DNA of 64,000 nt from Sarea resinae (Eukaryota): contig JAPEUD010000031.1 of assembly GCA_026026165.1 (NCBI GenBank), positions 124,001 to 188,000 of the forward strand, written 5' to 3'. Numbering within the stretch: position 1 is the stretch's first letter; each line of letters starts with the position of its first letter. A program made the translations under genes and the position numbers. Shown piece by piece: positions 10,901-23,305 of this stretch. The notes below the pieces were generated by a model. It was not told the DNA's origin, did no database searches, and saw only the letters and a list, made by a program, of their open reading frames with translations.

Positions 10901-13900
10901 TCACGCCTGCTCGATCCGGATATCTTCCCCCTGCTGGACACGCTCAATCTCGTTCGAAATGTTCATGACCCAGTGGTCCCGCTCCGCCCGACTCCTCGTC
11001 TTGAACAACAACGCCCGTCCTGGCACCCCGAGCCTAGACTTCAACCTCAACTTGCCTCCGTCACCCCGGCCCGGTGCCGCCTCGTTCGGGGCGCGAAATA
11101 GTGCTTTCTTCGTGACGTGCCAGAGGACAAAGCAAGTCATAGCGTCGTCGTCCTTGGAGGTCCAACCATCATCTCTGTAAATGCGCGGCAGAGCGTGCTG
11201 ACCCGGTTGGCTGTTATCGAAAGTCTGGTTTTGGTAGAGAAGGTCGTTCTCGGTGATGAGCCCGCTGTAGATGTAGCAGTCTTTCAGGTCGACAGTAGCC
11301 TGACGCTCATGGTGAATCTGGGGCAACTCCTTGCCGGTGGTCTTGCGCAACGCATCTTGGAAGATCAGGAGTTGGCCTTGGCAGAGTATCACGCCGCAGC
11401 GGATAAACGTAGACCGTCGACTCGGTTTGCGGTAGAGCGTACCAGAAATCTAGAAGTTGTCAATATCGAGGACATGGGAGACTTGGGGAGTACCTACCGA
11501 AATGGCACGGCAGCCGGTAATGCCGCACATGTTGTAAAGCTGAGGCGAGGCCACCGAGCTGGTAATCTCCCATTTTCTTGCGTATTGGCCGACAACCGCT
11601 TCCATATCTTCGTCAATGTTTAGCTGCTTTAGATTCGCCTGGCGGACGGTCTTGAGCTCAGCCATGTCGGCAGCTATTCGAAGACGCCAATACTCGACCA
11701 GATCGTCGAGACGTGTCATCCATTCCTTTTTCGTTTCCGCGTCAAAGGCCTAATACGTCATGATCAGTACAGTAGTCCGTTTACTAGACCATAGTTGTTT
11801 ACCTGAAGTCTGATGACAAGATTATTTCGCATGGCCAGTTCAAAAGTTCGGTCGTCATCCAGCTTCGTCGTATTTCCATCATCTCGAAGCGTGTCAGGCA
11901 CCGTCTCATGGAAATCCACGTCATCGCCATCTCCTTGGCGAACATTTTGATCGGCCGGCGTACTTCCCCTGACAACATCACGAACGCCGAGTACATCGCA
12001 GAGGTTGATGTAGCCCTCACAGTTGAGCACGGTATCCGCTCTTCTCTGAGCTTCATCACAAGCATCGCGATCCCGGTGCTTCCTCTCCTCGGCACTTCTC
12101 GACTTGGCCCACGAGAGGTGTCCATCCTCGAGCGGATAAGGGTTGACGGCGTAGATCAAAGGGATCTTCTCGACGATCTGATGAGCGCTGGGTATCTTGG
12201 AGTCTTCACGCATCGGAAGCGTTGGCGGAGGCGGCGGGTGGGCTTTTGACGGTCGACAGAAGCACAAGAATTGATCATGGGTACTGAAGTAAAGGCGCTT
12301 GTAGAAGAGTCTCCCGAAACGCTGATGCATGCCCTTTTGGGACGTCAGCCGAATCAAGAATCCCTCGACGGATGCAGGCTCCTTGAGATGGGTCCGATCC
12401 TTCTTGGAGGCAGTCGTTGGATAATGATGCTTGGGTCGCAATTCGAGCTCGTGGGACTTTTGCATAGCGATAGCACCGTATATCTTCTGCTCGTGCACTC
12501 CGTGAACCCATTCAAGACGATCATAACGCCTCCATGCCAGGCCCATTTTCTCATATTTTGTCCACGCATCGAACACGTCCGCCCACTCGGGAGACGTCTT
12601 CAGCATTTCCATGCACTTTTCGATGATACTGCCGGCAACGGCACGCTCCTGCATCATTGTGCGCATGATGGCAGATTCATCTCCCTCGGCAGCTTGGGCT
12701 GCGTCCTTTGAAGATTCGAGGCTCTCAAAAGGATTATACAAGCGCAAGGTAATGCTAAGGTCTGGGACGTTTACCTGTAGGTGAGACGAGCGGTGGCGAC
12801 CTAGCGCAGCGCGCAGAAAAGTATACCACTCCACCGAATTCGCCGCGGAACGGGGACGCATGATATATATCATTGTGCCCGTACTCCCGGGTAGCCACAT
12901 CACAAGGGTCTTGTCGAGGGAGGAGTACAGATTGACTCTCGTCGTTTTACGATTGAGTGGAATCTCAAACTTTGGGCGCTTCTTGGCCTGAGCTCTGTCG
13001 ACGGCGGGAATGACACGACTCTGATAGATTTGCAAAAACAGATCTGCGTTTTGGTCGTCCTTTTCTCGGCAAACAACGACAAATTCTTTCCACTTTTCGA
13101 TTATCCTTGATTCAGTCTTCATGCTGTCGTTCTCGTCGTAATCATTGGGCAACTCCCGTTGAGTGGACTCAATCCGTACAAGCATCTTTTCCAATTTGAC
13201 GATTTCTCCATTATGCTTTCTAGCGTGGCGATGACGGTGTATCGGCCGTTTCTTCGCAACACTGGCCATTCGCATCTTGGCCTGGTGTTCGTTCCGGCCA
13301 ATCTCGTCCGGAAGTTTGAATCGTACCAAGTTGGATGCTAGACCTCTCGTCCTTTTACTTTTGGCCGATACTTTGGCTGGCACTGTTTGAGGCTCGGGCT
13401 CGACCTGTACGGCTGACTTGGACGGCTTGGACATCTTCGCGAGCATCCTTTTCGAGGCCTTGGATGATTCGCTGATCGAGTCTTCCCCGAATCTGACCGT
13501 CTTTTTCGGCTTTGTCCGCTTGTGGCTAATCAGTGAAGCGGTAGAGGCTGAGGCTTCTGCATCCGTCGGCATCTCTCCGTTCAAAGAGTTCCTCATCCCT
13601 GTACTGCTTTGAATGGTAGAGGCCGCCGACCTTTTCTCTTTCGGTTTCAAAGAATATTGAAGGCCTGGCACGATTGGCATCAGTAATATCGCGACAATAA
13701 CATGCTAGATGAGCGTACCTGAGGATTCTTTCGGATCTTCCCTGGCCTGCCCAGCTAGCTCGGCAGATGTGTCACCTTCGCCCTCGACAGGTTCGGGAGC
13801 CTCATGGGCAGTGACAAAGGACGCGCTACCGAGACTCTTCGATGTAGACAACCTTTTGTTGCTGGAGGCACTCGGGGTGGAAGGCGGGAGACCGGGTCTG

Positions 13901-14468
13901 TCGGTCGAATCGCCTTCGTCTGTGGTATCAGAGTCCAAGGGGATCGACGACGGACCATTGTCAAAGGCTGGGTTCGTATCTTGCTCGCTCGAATCGGGAT
14001 CTGCATCGGTCGACCTGGGTATCGGCTGAGCGGGTGGTTCGTCCACGGTCACCTCGACGTCGTCATCCGAGCTCGGATCGCTGGCGTCGTCGGGCTGCGG
14101 AAAGCTATGTCCGTAGATGGCACTGGAACTCGGGCCATCCAGACCGGTGACCCTTCGCTGGTAAGAGACATTGCTGCCGGCCGAGAATGTGGCGGCGCGC
14201 GACGAGTAGTTTGCGAGACTGATGTGATGTCGATACCATCTCTCGCGATGGCTCTTCAGCCAGCCTTCTGGGATCGGGCCCACGAAACAACGACGGGTGG
14301 TCAAGTGGAGATGCTCGGGCGTTGCATGTTGCTTGGCTGGAGGTTAGCAGGTACCTCAGAAGGATTGGGGAACCCTACCAGTCGAGTTGCCGTATAGGAA
14401 TCGGGGTCCAGGCCGGCCACGGCATGCAGGTAGGAAGAAGGGCCGGTTTGAGCTTCGGCCTCGCTCAT
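10901..14468 (-). CDS. SPO71: Spo71/Mug56-family PH-domain sporulation protein (multi-exon)
   Basis: Joins ORFs 14301-14468, 13705-14304, 11764-13680, 11450-11719 and 10901-11392 through plausible introns. Motifs HATPEHLHLTTRRCFVGPIPEGWL, NLYSSLDKT, LAWRRYDRLEW, EGFLIRLT, RIYxDDGWTSxDDD, FKTRSRAERDHWV (PH-domain ends). Confidence 0.85.
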
Positions 14469-15705
14469 TGGTGGCGAGTCCGGGATATTAGAGATATATT
14501 CGAGCAATAATTATATAGGCATGATGTGTGAGAGAAGTCAAGGCTGGTACGAGGAAGAAAGAGGAAGAGGATGGCAGATGGACGATGATGGCGATGGCGA
14601 TGGCGAGATGTCAAGGATGGGCAAATTCGCAGTTGTCAGCTGTTGGGAACATGGACATTTGCGAATCCGATGGACAATACGGTGGCTTGGGCGATGACGA
14701 CGTCTCCAAGCGGCCACTTGGGCAGCGGGAGATGGAGGTGCTACGTTGTGTATTTGGATGATCTCAGCTGCTGATAGAAATCGGTGTTCATCTACACACA
14801 AGATGCCATGCCCATCGCATGCCCGTGTCCTGCGTCAAGAGGTTGCCTTGATGCATTCGATCACCATGTTTGGATCCATCGTGTCCTGTTTGCGTCTTCG
14901 TCACTCGGCAGCTGGAGGTTCCCGCTACGCGGCTCGGTTGGGCGATCTTCGCTAGGAGTTCTCCGCCGGAAGAACCGCGTGCCGTCCGAGCTTCCCTCTC
15001 TACAGGTACCGTTTCTGTCTGTGACGATGCAGCCAGATCAACGATTTCTCTCGCAAGAGGGAGAGCGGCCACCAGAGACAGAAGCCTTGCTCGAGTCAGC
15101 TCTCCCCTCTGTCTTGTCGAAGGCTGCAGGATATCTATGACATTGAACACGCTGGAAGCGCAGGGTCGTCGCTCAAGGGCCCGTGTCCACCATCGTGGAC
15201 CAAGTCATCAGGCACTCCACCTCGACCATGATACTGATGACAGCCAGCTTCAGACCCGCCTTCTCTCGGCACTCGGTCACTCAGCCAGTGTCTTTGTCGA
15301 ATATGCCACGGAAAACGACTCACTGAGAGACCCTGAAGGCGGAAGGCTGAAGGCCAAAGCCGAAGCCCTTTGTTGCCCTAGACGCGGCAAGACCCGCAGT
15401 GTACTGAAGTAGCGTCGCAAGTCCCCCTCTCGTACCCGCGAGAGCATCATCACCTGGCGTCCAGGCGCATACGTAAGTCAAAGAGGTACCTGCGAGATAC
15501 GACGTAATCCCCCCACCAGACACTCCCAACCCCTCGACCCCTAGAGTCGTGGTGGTCTGGTAGCTCCGAGCTGAGCTCTCCCTACAATACACACTTCATA
15601 CTCAACACCATCACCACATTACCCCTCTGCACCATCATCTCGATCCCCTCGACCATCTCGCCCTCGATTCATCTCCCTCTCGAGCACACCAGACCACCCT
15701 CCACA

Positions 15706-16727
15706 ATGGCATCCACCACCGCGCCGACCTACCCCCCCGGCGGAACCTTCTTCGACACGCTGAAAGCCTCCTTTGTGAATGTGCCCATGGACGCCGACCA
15801 CGACAATGCCATCTCGACGACCGAGTTTCTCGAGGCGGCCGAGTCCCTGACGACTCTCTTTGGTGTGTGTTCTCTGCCTATGTGCGAAAACAAGACAAAG
15901 ACGCTGCCCAAGCCCGGGGAGTAGTCCGCATTCGCCCACTTGCCGTCTCCTTCGTAAAGCCGTAAAGCTCCAAGGAGCTCAAGACTAACGAGTCTCGTTT
16001 TGGACAGACGTGCTCGGCTCCGTGGCTTTCACGCCCGTGAAATCAGACATGCTGGGGAACATCAAAGTACGACCCGTCATTCTCCCTCTCCCCCACTTCT
16101 ACCCCTCCCACCAAACCACCTTGATTCACCCCGTCCTCGAGGAGTAAAACACCAAATCAACTAACAAACACTCTTCTCTGGTCCAGAAAATCCGTGACCG
16201 CCAGCTAGCCGCGCCCGCCGACTCCACCACCCTCCAAGCGCTAGTGACGAACGAGATCAAGGCGAAGAAACACACGGCAGCAGAGGGACTATTATGGCTA
16301 GTCCGGTAGGCCGCAACCACTCTGCCCCCTGTCATCCCATCCCCCTATACCAATCTCATTTCCCTATACCAATCTCAACTTCCCCATCAAAGTCCCATCC
16401 AAAACCCCACCCTCTAACATTCTCCCCTCTAGCGGCCTCGACTTCACCGCGCTCGCGCTCCGCCAAAACGTCGCCAGCAGCAGCGAAGAACTGTCGGTCT
16501 CGTTCCGGTCCGCCTACACCAGCACGCTGAAGCCGCACCACAGCTTCATGGTCAAGCCCATCTTCAGCGCCGCCATGTCCGCGACGCCGTACCGGCGCGA
16601 CTTCTACGCCAAGCTGGGCGCCGACCTGCCCACGGTCGAGTCCGCGCTTCGGCTCTGGCTGGCCGCACTCGAGACGCAGGTTGCGGTCCTCAAGGGCTTC
16701 TTGGACAGGAAGGAGGCCAAGTGGTGA
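15706..16727 (+). CDS. het-c2: Glycolipid transfer protein, HET-C2 type (4 exons)
   Basis: Exons 15706-15862, 16008-16066, 16187-16305 and 16433-16727 splice in frame. GLTP motifs TTEFLEAAE, FTPVKSDMLGNIKKI, EGLLWLVRGLDF, TLKPHHSFMVKPIF. Confidence 0.93.
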
Positions 16728-17466
16728 AACTCGTGTGATATCGGGTTGTCGATGAAGGGGGAAGAAGAAAGCAGAAAGGGGAAAGAAGAGTTCTAGATCC
16801 ACCGAATTTGAATCTAAACAAAAAATAAAATCAAAGAATAAAAACAAAACCCAACAAGAAAGCAAGAGAGATGCTACGTATTATATACGATCCGAGACCA
16901 CTCTCCCCCCTCTACTCCTGCACCTCTTCCCCCCTTAATCTCGAGTTTTAGATCTCCAATGACCTACTCAGCACGCCTGCCTACCTACCTCCTCTTCACC
17001 TGTCTACTCACCTGTCCGTAGGGAAAGTCAGGCAGGTGTTGTGAATAGGTAGGCGCTGTAGGTAGGTCGGTCGGGTAGATAGCTACTTTACTGTAGACAG
17101 CTACAGAGGTAGATAGGTAGGTAGGTAGATAGAGAGACAAGTACGTGGCATAGCGTTTGTGTAGCATGGCTAACGTACAGCATAGCTTAGCATAGCATAG
17201 CAGGACACAGAAGAAAAAAAAGAAGAGACACCAGAGAAGAAAGAAAGAGAGACAAGAAACGAACGAACAAATAAAGAAAGGATAGGGTATGAGATGACCA
17301 AACCTCTCCAACCACCGACTTTCAAGCATCGACCATCGTTCAATCATGCAACCATTCAGCCGAGAAGAAGGATGAGAAAAGGGGAAAAGGGGAAAAGACA
17401 AGGGATGCTCTCTCTCTCGTGAGTGAGTGAGTGAGTGAGTAACCTAATGCAGAAAACCACAAAAAA

Positions 17467-20433
17467 TCATTCAGCGCCGACCTCTTCGACGCGGCGTAAA
17501 AACTCCCGTACGCGGCCGACATCATCCCATCCACCGCCACCTGTCCTCGCCGTCCGTGCCGCCCCGCTTCCTGCTCCTCCGCCACCACCACCTCCTCCGT
17601 CACCGCTTCTACCTCTACCGACATCGCCCTCTCGGTCCAGCTGCATTCCCCTTCCGCCCCTGACGTCCCCGTCCACACCATCGCCACCAGCACCACCCTC
17701 ACTCTCAACGGCGAGCACCAAACTGCCCAACAGCTCCTCGACTTTCTCCTCGGGCGCACCCGTACACAGCGCCACCACCCGCCGGAACTTGGACTCTAGA
17801 TCGCGCGACCGTGATCGCAGTTGTGCGTTGTATTCGCGTAGGTTCTGGTTATTGGTTCTGTAGGCGGCGGTGCGGGCGCGGAGGAGCGGCGTGGGCGGGA
17901 GATTTTCCGACGGGATGTGGTGCGTAGAAGGATGGAGACCGAGGTGATTGGTCTTGTCGTGTTGGTCGTCCAGATCGAAGTGGTGGAGGTCATGGTCAGG
18001 GTCGGGGTCGAAGTCGGGAATATCCATGTCCTGGTCCGCGAAGCCGATCTCGACCTTGATATCCCCAGCGTCGCCACCACCGCTGCCAACCCGGATAGTC
18101 TCTTCATCATCATCGCCGCCATTCGCGCCCCCAGTACCGCCACCAGCATGCCCATCCATGCCCAGACGCGCTTTCTGCTCCTCCTTGGCACGCCGCAGAT
18201 TCAAAATCTTCTGCTTTAGATCATCACGGGCGGTCGAGCGCTGTTTTACGGCGTCGAGGGCGCGACGGGCATCCGCGAGGGCGGCAGAACGGGCACGGAG
18301 GGAGGCGTGGGCGTTGTCGATGAGAGATTGTTTTTGAGCCATTTCTGCCGCGAATTGAGAGGATGTGTGTGTCAGGAGGTCGGATATTGCTGCGGCAGAA
18401 GTTGCGTTAGCGAATTATTTTGCTCAAAGGAGAAAAGGCAAACGTAGAATTGACACGACAAAGGAAGGCGCAGACTTACAAGACATGATATCTCGACTTG
18501 TTTCGCCTACGACGCGGCTGATGGCCGGTTTCTCTCGAGGCTCGCCAAGATGGTACTCTGGATGCTGTTGGTTCATCACGTCTGCTTCGCCGCCGACGCC
18601 AAAGTCAATGGGTCTTAATCCCCCGCGATTCGGGATGGTCGCGTCGGCCTTGACTTCGAGAAGCTGTGAGATGATACTTCGGATGCCGATGCGGGCTGCG
18701 AGATTGAGCGCCGTATCTCCCGCTTTATCCTGCGCATTCACAATCTCCGACATGAACCTAGCTAGGCCCAGAGTCTTGATGGTTTCAGGAGCCGCTGAAG
18801 GATGAGCGTTGCCGTTGAACGAACTGTGCTGGCTAGTGGCACCCTGTCGGACGACGAACTCGAGCAGGGATTCCAGGTAGTATTTGCTAGCTGCGCTTCG
18901 ACCTTTGACGGCCGAGGAAACGGCAATGTGATGTAGCACGGTGCGGCCCCGACCATCTCTCATTTCAATTGTAGGACCTAAAAGTTCCAGAAGCTCCGGG
19001 AAGCTGCCCTGGTCGAGGTTGTTCTTGACGAGACAAGCCCGCATCAGTGCCGTCTCCCCTCCGCCGTTGACCCGGTAGATGCTAGCTCCGCGTGCGATCA
19101 AGGCTTTGAGGAGAGGCAGACGCGCAAGAGTGGCGGCCCAATGTAAAGCGGTATGCGCGGTAACATCGAGTGGGGTATCGAGATCCTCTCCGGACAGACG
19201 GACTAGCGCAGGATGGGTGGAGTAGTCGGCTTGACTGGGATCAAGGAAGAGAGAAGTCAGAAGCCGCGCCTTTTCTTCCCCAGCTGGCGTTTTTGGTTTT
19301 GGAAGTGGTTGCAAGCCCAGGATTCCTTCTTCGACGAGCGGCGACACCCCATTCTGGTGATAGACAAACGACTCGTTCGGTTCAGTAGGGGTGTCCTCCA
19401 TGGAGGCATCATACGGGCCCTCGGCATTACGCATGAACACATCCTGGTCCGACGACGGGCGGATTCTCTTCCGCGGTGGCTCTTGCACCTCACCCTGTTG
19501 GATCTGCTCCGGTATCGCCGCCATATAAGGTGCGGTCTGAGTTCCATAGCCCGAGTCGGAATTTCCATTGACACCGTTGCTGCTCTCCGAAGCCATGCTC
19601 ATCATGCTCTGTTGACTCCCTCCGGGAAAAGTCGACTCTTGACTGCCTTGCCCGTGCTGCGAAGGTCTTCGAGCACTGGTGGAACGATGAAGGGAGGTCC
19701 CCACGGCGGGAGCAGGCGAATCGAAGCGGGCCTTGCTGATGGCGGCAATTGCATTTGATGCGGTGCTCGAGATGTTCTTGAAAAACGTCCCACTGGTCGA
19801 TTGGGTGGTTGGACGATTTTCGAGGCCGGCATTATACATCCTCTTTCTCTGGGCGGCCATGGCTTGCTCCTTTGTCGGCGTGTCGACGCCCCCCTGTCCG
19901 GCAATGGTGATACCGTCTTGGCCCATGTCGTATTCCAATAGCGGTCTTAGAATCTCCTCGACACCATACTGTCGACAGAACTGAACTCCTCTGTCGTATC
20001 TAATCCATGTCCCTTGATATTTCCCGTAACCCCCTTGGACCTTTTCATGCTCCCCGCGCAGAATCTCCTTTTCCAGAACTTTGGTTCGCTTTCCCTTGTC
20101 GATACCAGCCACCTTGAGAATCTGAGTCGCATTGAGCCAAGAGTCAGACCGACGGCGCATGACTGCGACACGATTGACTTCCATTTCATAGACCGATACG
20201 CCGGAATAGATGGCCTAGTGAGACGATCAGTGAGGGGGAGCAGGGAAGACGACTGCATTGAACCATATAGACTAAGGCGACGACATGACATAAGGGCGGC
20301 TCCATACCGTGTAAATCTGTGGTTTCTGTACTAGCTGCGGCGCATGCCCATTGACATCGCCGAAACTTCCATAACCGCCATGTTGCATCATCATGCCGTT
20401 CGGCGGGCCGTGAACATTGACAGCGAACGACAT
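17467..20433 (-). CDS. SWI6: APSES/KilA-N plus ankyrin cell-cycle transcription factor (Swi6/Cdc10-type MBF/SBF subunit)
   Basis: KilA-N motif VMRRRSDSWLNATQILKVAG...HEKVQGGYGKYQGTWI, ankyrin repeats (HTALHWAA, GETALMRA, GRTVLHHIA, GDTALNLAA), coiled-coil C-terminus. Introns 20307-20215 and 18479-18390. Swi6 versus Mbp1 assignment is from recalled sequence style. Confidence 0.85.
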
Positions 20434-22081
20434 TTGCGACAATGAAGCCGACAGTCCGGTGAATAGGCTCGAGGAAGTTCCTCAAAAGCCTTTCAGGTTC
20501 CAACAAAGGAGAGGCGTAAGAGGCGAGGCGCTATGGTCTCTGGTGCGCGATACAGTTGGCTGCAATGAAGTCGTCGGTTCAGGCCATGCGAGGAGGAGTC
20601 CAGTAGGCAGAGCGGGGATGAATCAATGCACCTTCAAGGGAGCATGTGGACGAGGACGATGATGAGGATGATGAAGAATCGAAACCACTCATGCAGGGTA
20701 CAATGGTCGCACAGAGAAGGTGAATCTCAGGCTGAGCCCTGCCTTGGCCCAGGTAGGGACGGTAGTCGACAGCGATCGGTGGAATGGTGATGTCTGCGTT
20801 CACCGAGTGCGTCCCGTAGTGTCCACTCGGAGCGCAAGAATCAGTTGGAGACGTGTCGATGGACTTGGACGATGGCGCGTCGTCCCGAAGGAGTAAGATA
20901 AGAGGTCCCGTGCCCGTGCTCGTGTCGACGGGTGCTTGGATGCTCCTTCTCTCTTGATGTCGCGTGTGGCGGCTGCAGCGTGAGACTGCTCAGGTATGCG
21001 GCAAGCGGATGCGTGGACGGAAGGAGCAAGTGAGGGCGTCAAGTGGTTTCGACAATGGTGATGGCGGTCGAGTCGAGGCCACACCCGCTTCGGCTCTCGT
21101 TCCTGTTCTTGTTCCTCGCGCTCCCAGTCGCAATAACGATGGACGTCTCTTCTCTACATTGATCAATATTATATCACCATCACGAGCAGTACTATCGCGA
21201 GCTTTGCTTCATCATCGAGTCCCAGCTGTTGAGCACCGATCCTTCCCTTCTTCTGGCCCATTACGACGCGACGGGGTAGAGGGGCTACGCGTGACCGACG
21301 AAGACGAGTACCGACGAATACACCGCATGCGGAGAGGTGACTTGACTCTTCACCGAGGTCACTTTGAAAATAGGTCATCATCAGGTCTCAAGAGCCCTGG
21401 ACAGGAAGAGACTTCAATCGCTGCGTCCAGTGTCTCGATGCTCCATTGCGTCTCCCGTCTCTTCCTCCCTACGAAAATCATCCTCTTTGCCATTGACAGA
21501 TTCCATGGTGCTCCAGCGGAGGGGAGAGCAGGTGTGCGGCCTTCTATGTACGCCTACCTGACGACTCGTGTCCCGTGCAAATCAGCCAATCCAATTTCGC
21601 GCTTTTCAACTTTTCGCGTCGTGGGAGACGCGTTGCATGATTATGTCATCCATTGTTCAGCATTATTGGAGCTCCTCGCATGCCGTATCAAACGCCTTTC
21701 TGCGGCTGGCCAAACGGTCCATCAGTGCAGTATCTTATCGCAGAGTCAATCAACAGTCCACGCTCGTGGGATCCAAGTGAGTCCTACTCGGTAACATTAA
21801 TATGAGATGGATGGAAAGTTGCAGAGAAAGGAACATGTCTTGAGCGAGAGCTCGTTTGCTGGATCTTTAGCCACGCCTTGGACTCTACGAGAGCTCTTGA
21901 AGCCATACTATCGAAGACGCCCATGTCCACTATTCGGAGATCCTATCCTGCCATCCCAGATCCTTCCTTGATTGCATCCCAAACGCCATTTTCCCTCGCC
22001 AGATCGCTGAACAGATGAGCGCATTGGAGATTCAGATTTTCGCTCCGTTCCCTTCTCCATGGCTGGATCGTATCAGATGAA

Positions 22082-22952
22082 TCACTTGTTTAAAGAGTCA
22101 TCGACCTTCGCCTTCTTAGCCAGCGGTCCTTCCTTATCGGTGGGCTCCTCCGTAGGCGGGTCGGGTAGCCTCTCGGCGCTCAACTCACTCTCACTCTTGT
22201 CCGTCTCCTGTCCGCTCTCTCTTTCGTGAGTGCCAGGGACTTTCTCCGTAGGGGGAAAGAATTTCCTGCACAGGTACCGTCTCGTCAGTTCGTCATCTCT
22301 GCGTGCATGTAAACAGTGAAACCCACGGTAGCCATTCAGTATAAGCCCTCTCATCTTTCGCCTCGAACACGCAAAAGACCACCCTGTCGAGCTCCTCGCC
22401 ACCCTTCTCCTTCTCCAGAAACCTCCTGACCTCTTCGATCGCCGTTGCTGCCGCCTCCCCGCTCGGATATCCATAGACTCCCGTGCTGATGGCGGAAAAT
22501 GCCACGCTGCGACACCCGTTTGCGACCGCCAGCTCCAGCGACTTCCGATAGCATCCCCTTAGATACTGCGTATGCTTGCCCTCTCGCTTGGCGCGGTAGT
22601 ACACGGGCCCAACGGCGTGAATGACCTTTTTGCATGGTAGTTCGTACGCGTCGGTGATTTTGGCGCTACCGGTCGCACAGCCGTCGAGGGTGCGGCATTC
22701 CTCCAGGAGAGAGGGGCCCGCGCCGCAGTGAATTGCACCGTCGACGCCGCCACCGCCGAGGAGGGAGTTGTTTGCTGCGTTGACGATGGCGTCGACCGCG
22801 AGAGAGGTAATGTCTGTCCTGAGCAGGGAAATCTTGTTGTTGAGGCTTTGCGATGCCGGAAAGAGAGCAGCTTGGGCGGGCGCGTGGAGGTGCTTGAGCT
22901 TGTAGAGGAGTGGGAGGGTCGGAATTTCGGTGAGAGGGATTACGGGAGGCAT
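22082..22952 (-). CDS. MacroD-type macrodomain protein (mono-ADP-ribosylhydrolase / O-acetyl-ADP-ribose deacetylase)
   Basis: DITSLAVDAIVNAAN, GGGGVDGAIH, VIHAVGP, FSAISTGVYGYP. Intron 22326-22266. Confidence 0.92.
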
Positions 22953-23305
22953 CTTCAACGCGGTTGATGTTGAGCTTCAGGTGGTTTTGGTGTCTGCTGT
23001 GTAGTAATTGGTGGTGGTGAGAAGCGATTGTAGTGTATTGAAAGTGGAGGGGCCGAGCGAGCGGCAGTGACGTATCTGGCGGATCAATTTAAACCCGAGA
23101 ATGACAAAAGTTTGGCCTCCATTATCGACAATCGCCTCCACCTACCTACTGTCTTGCACATCATGGCGCCGTGTCACACTCAGATTATCAAATTGCCGTC
23201 TGTCTTGACATTATCGAAATCAGTCGCTCTTCGTATTCTTCGCTCATTCTACAAGCCTGAAGCAGTCATCTGACTCGATTTGATACACAAATCCATTAAT
23301 CCCAA

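Noticed and set aside
14784..15592. Several 90-180 aa ORFs between SPO71 and het-c2
   Set aside because: Mutually overlapping on both strands, no recognisable domain or consistent splice structure.
20964..21794. 276-aa plus-strand ORF upstream of SWI6
   Set aside because: Non-ATG start, Arg/Ser-rich random-looking composition, no motifs; more likely promoter DNA.
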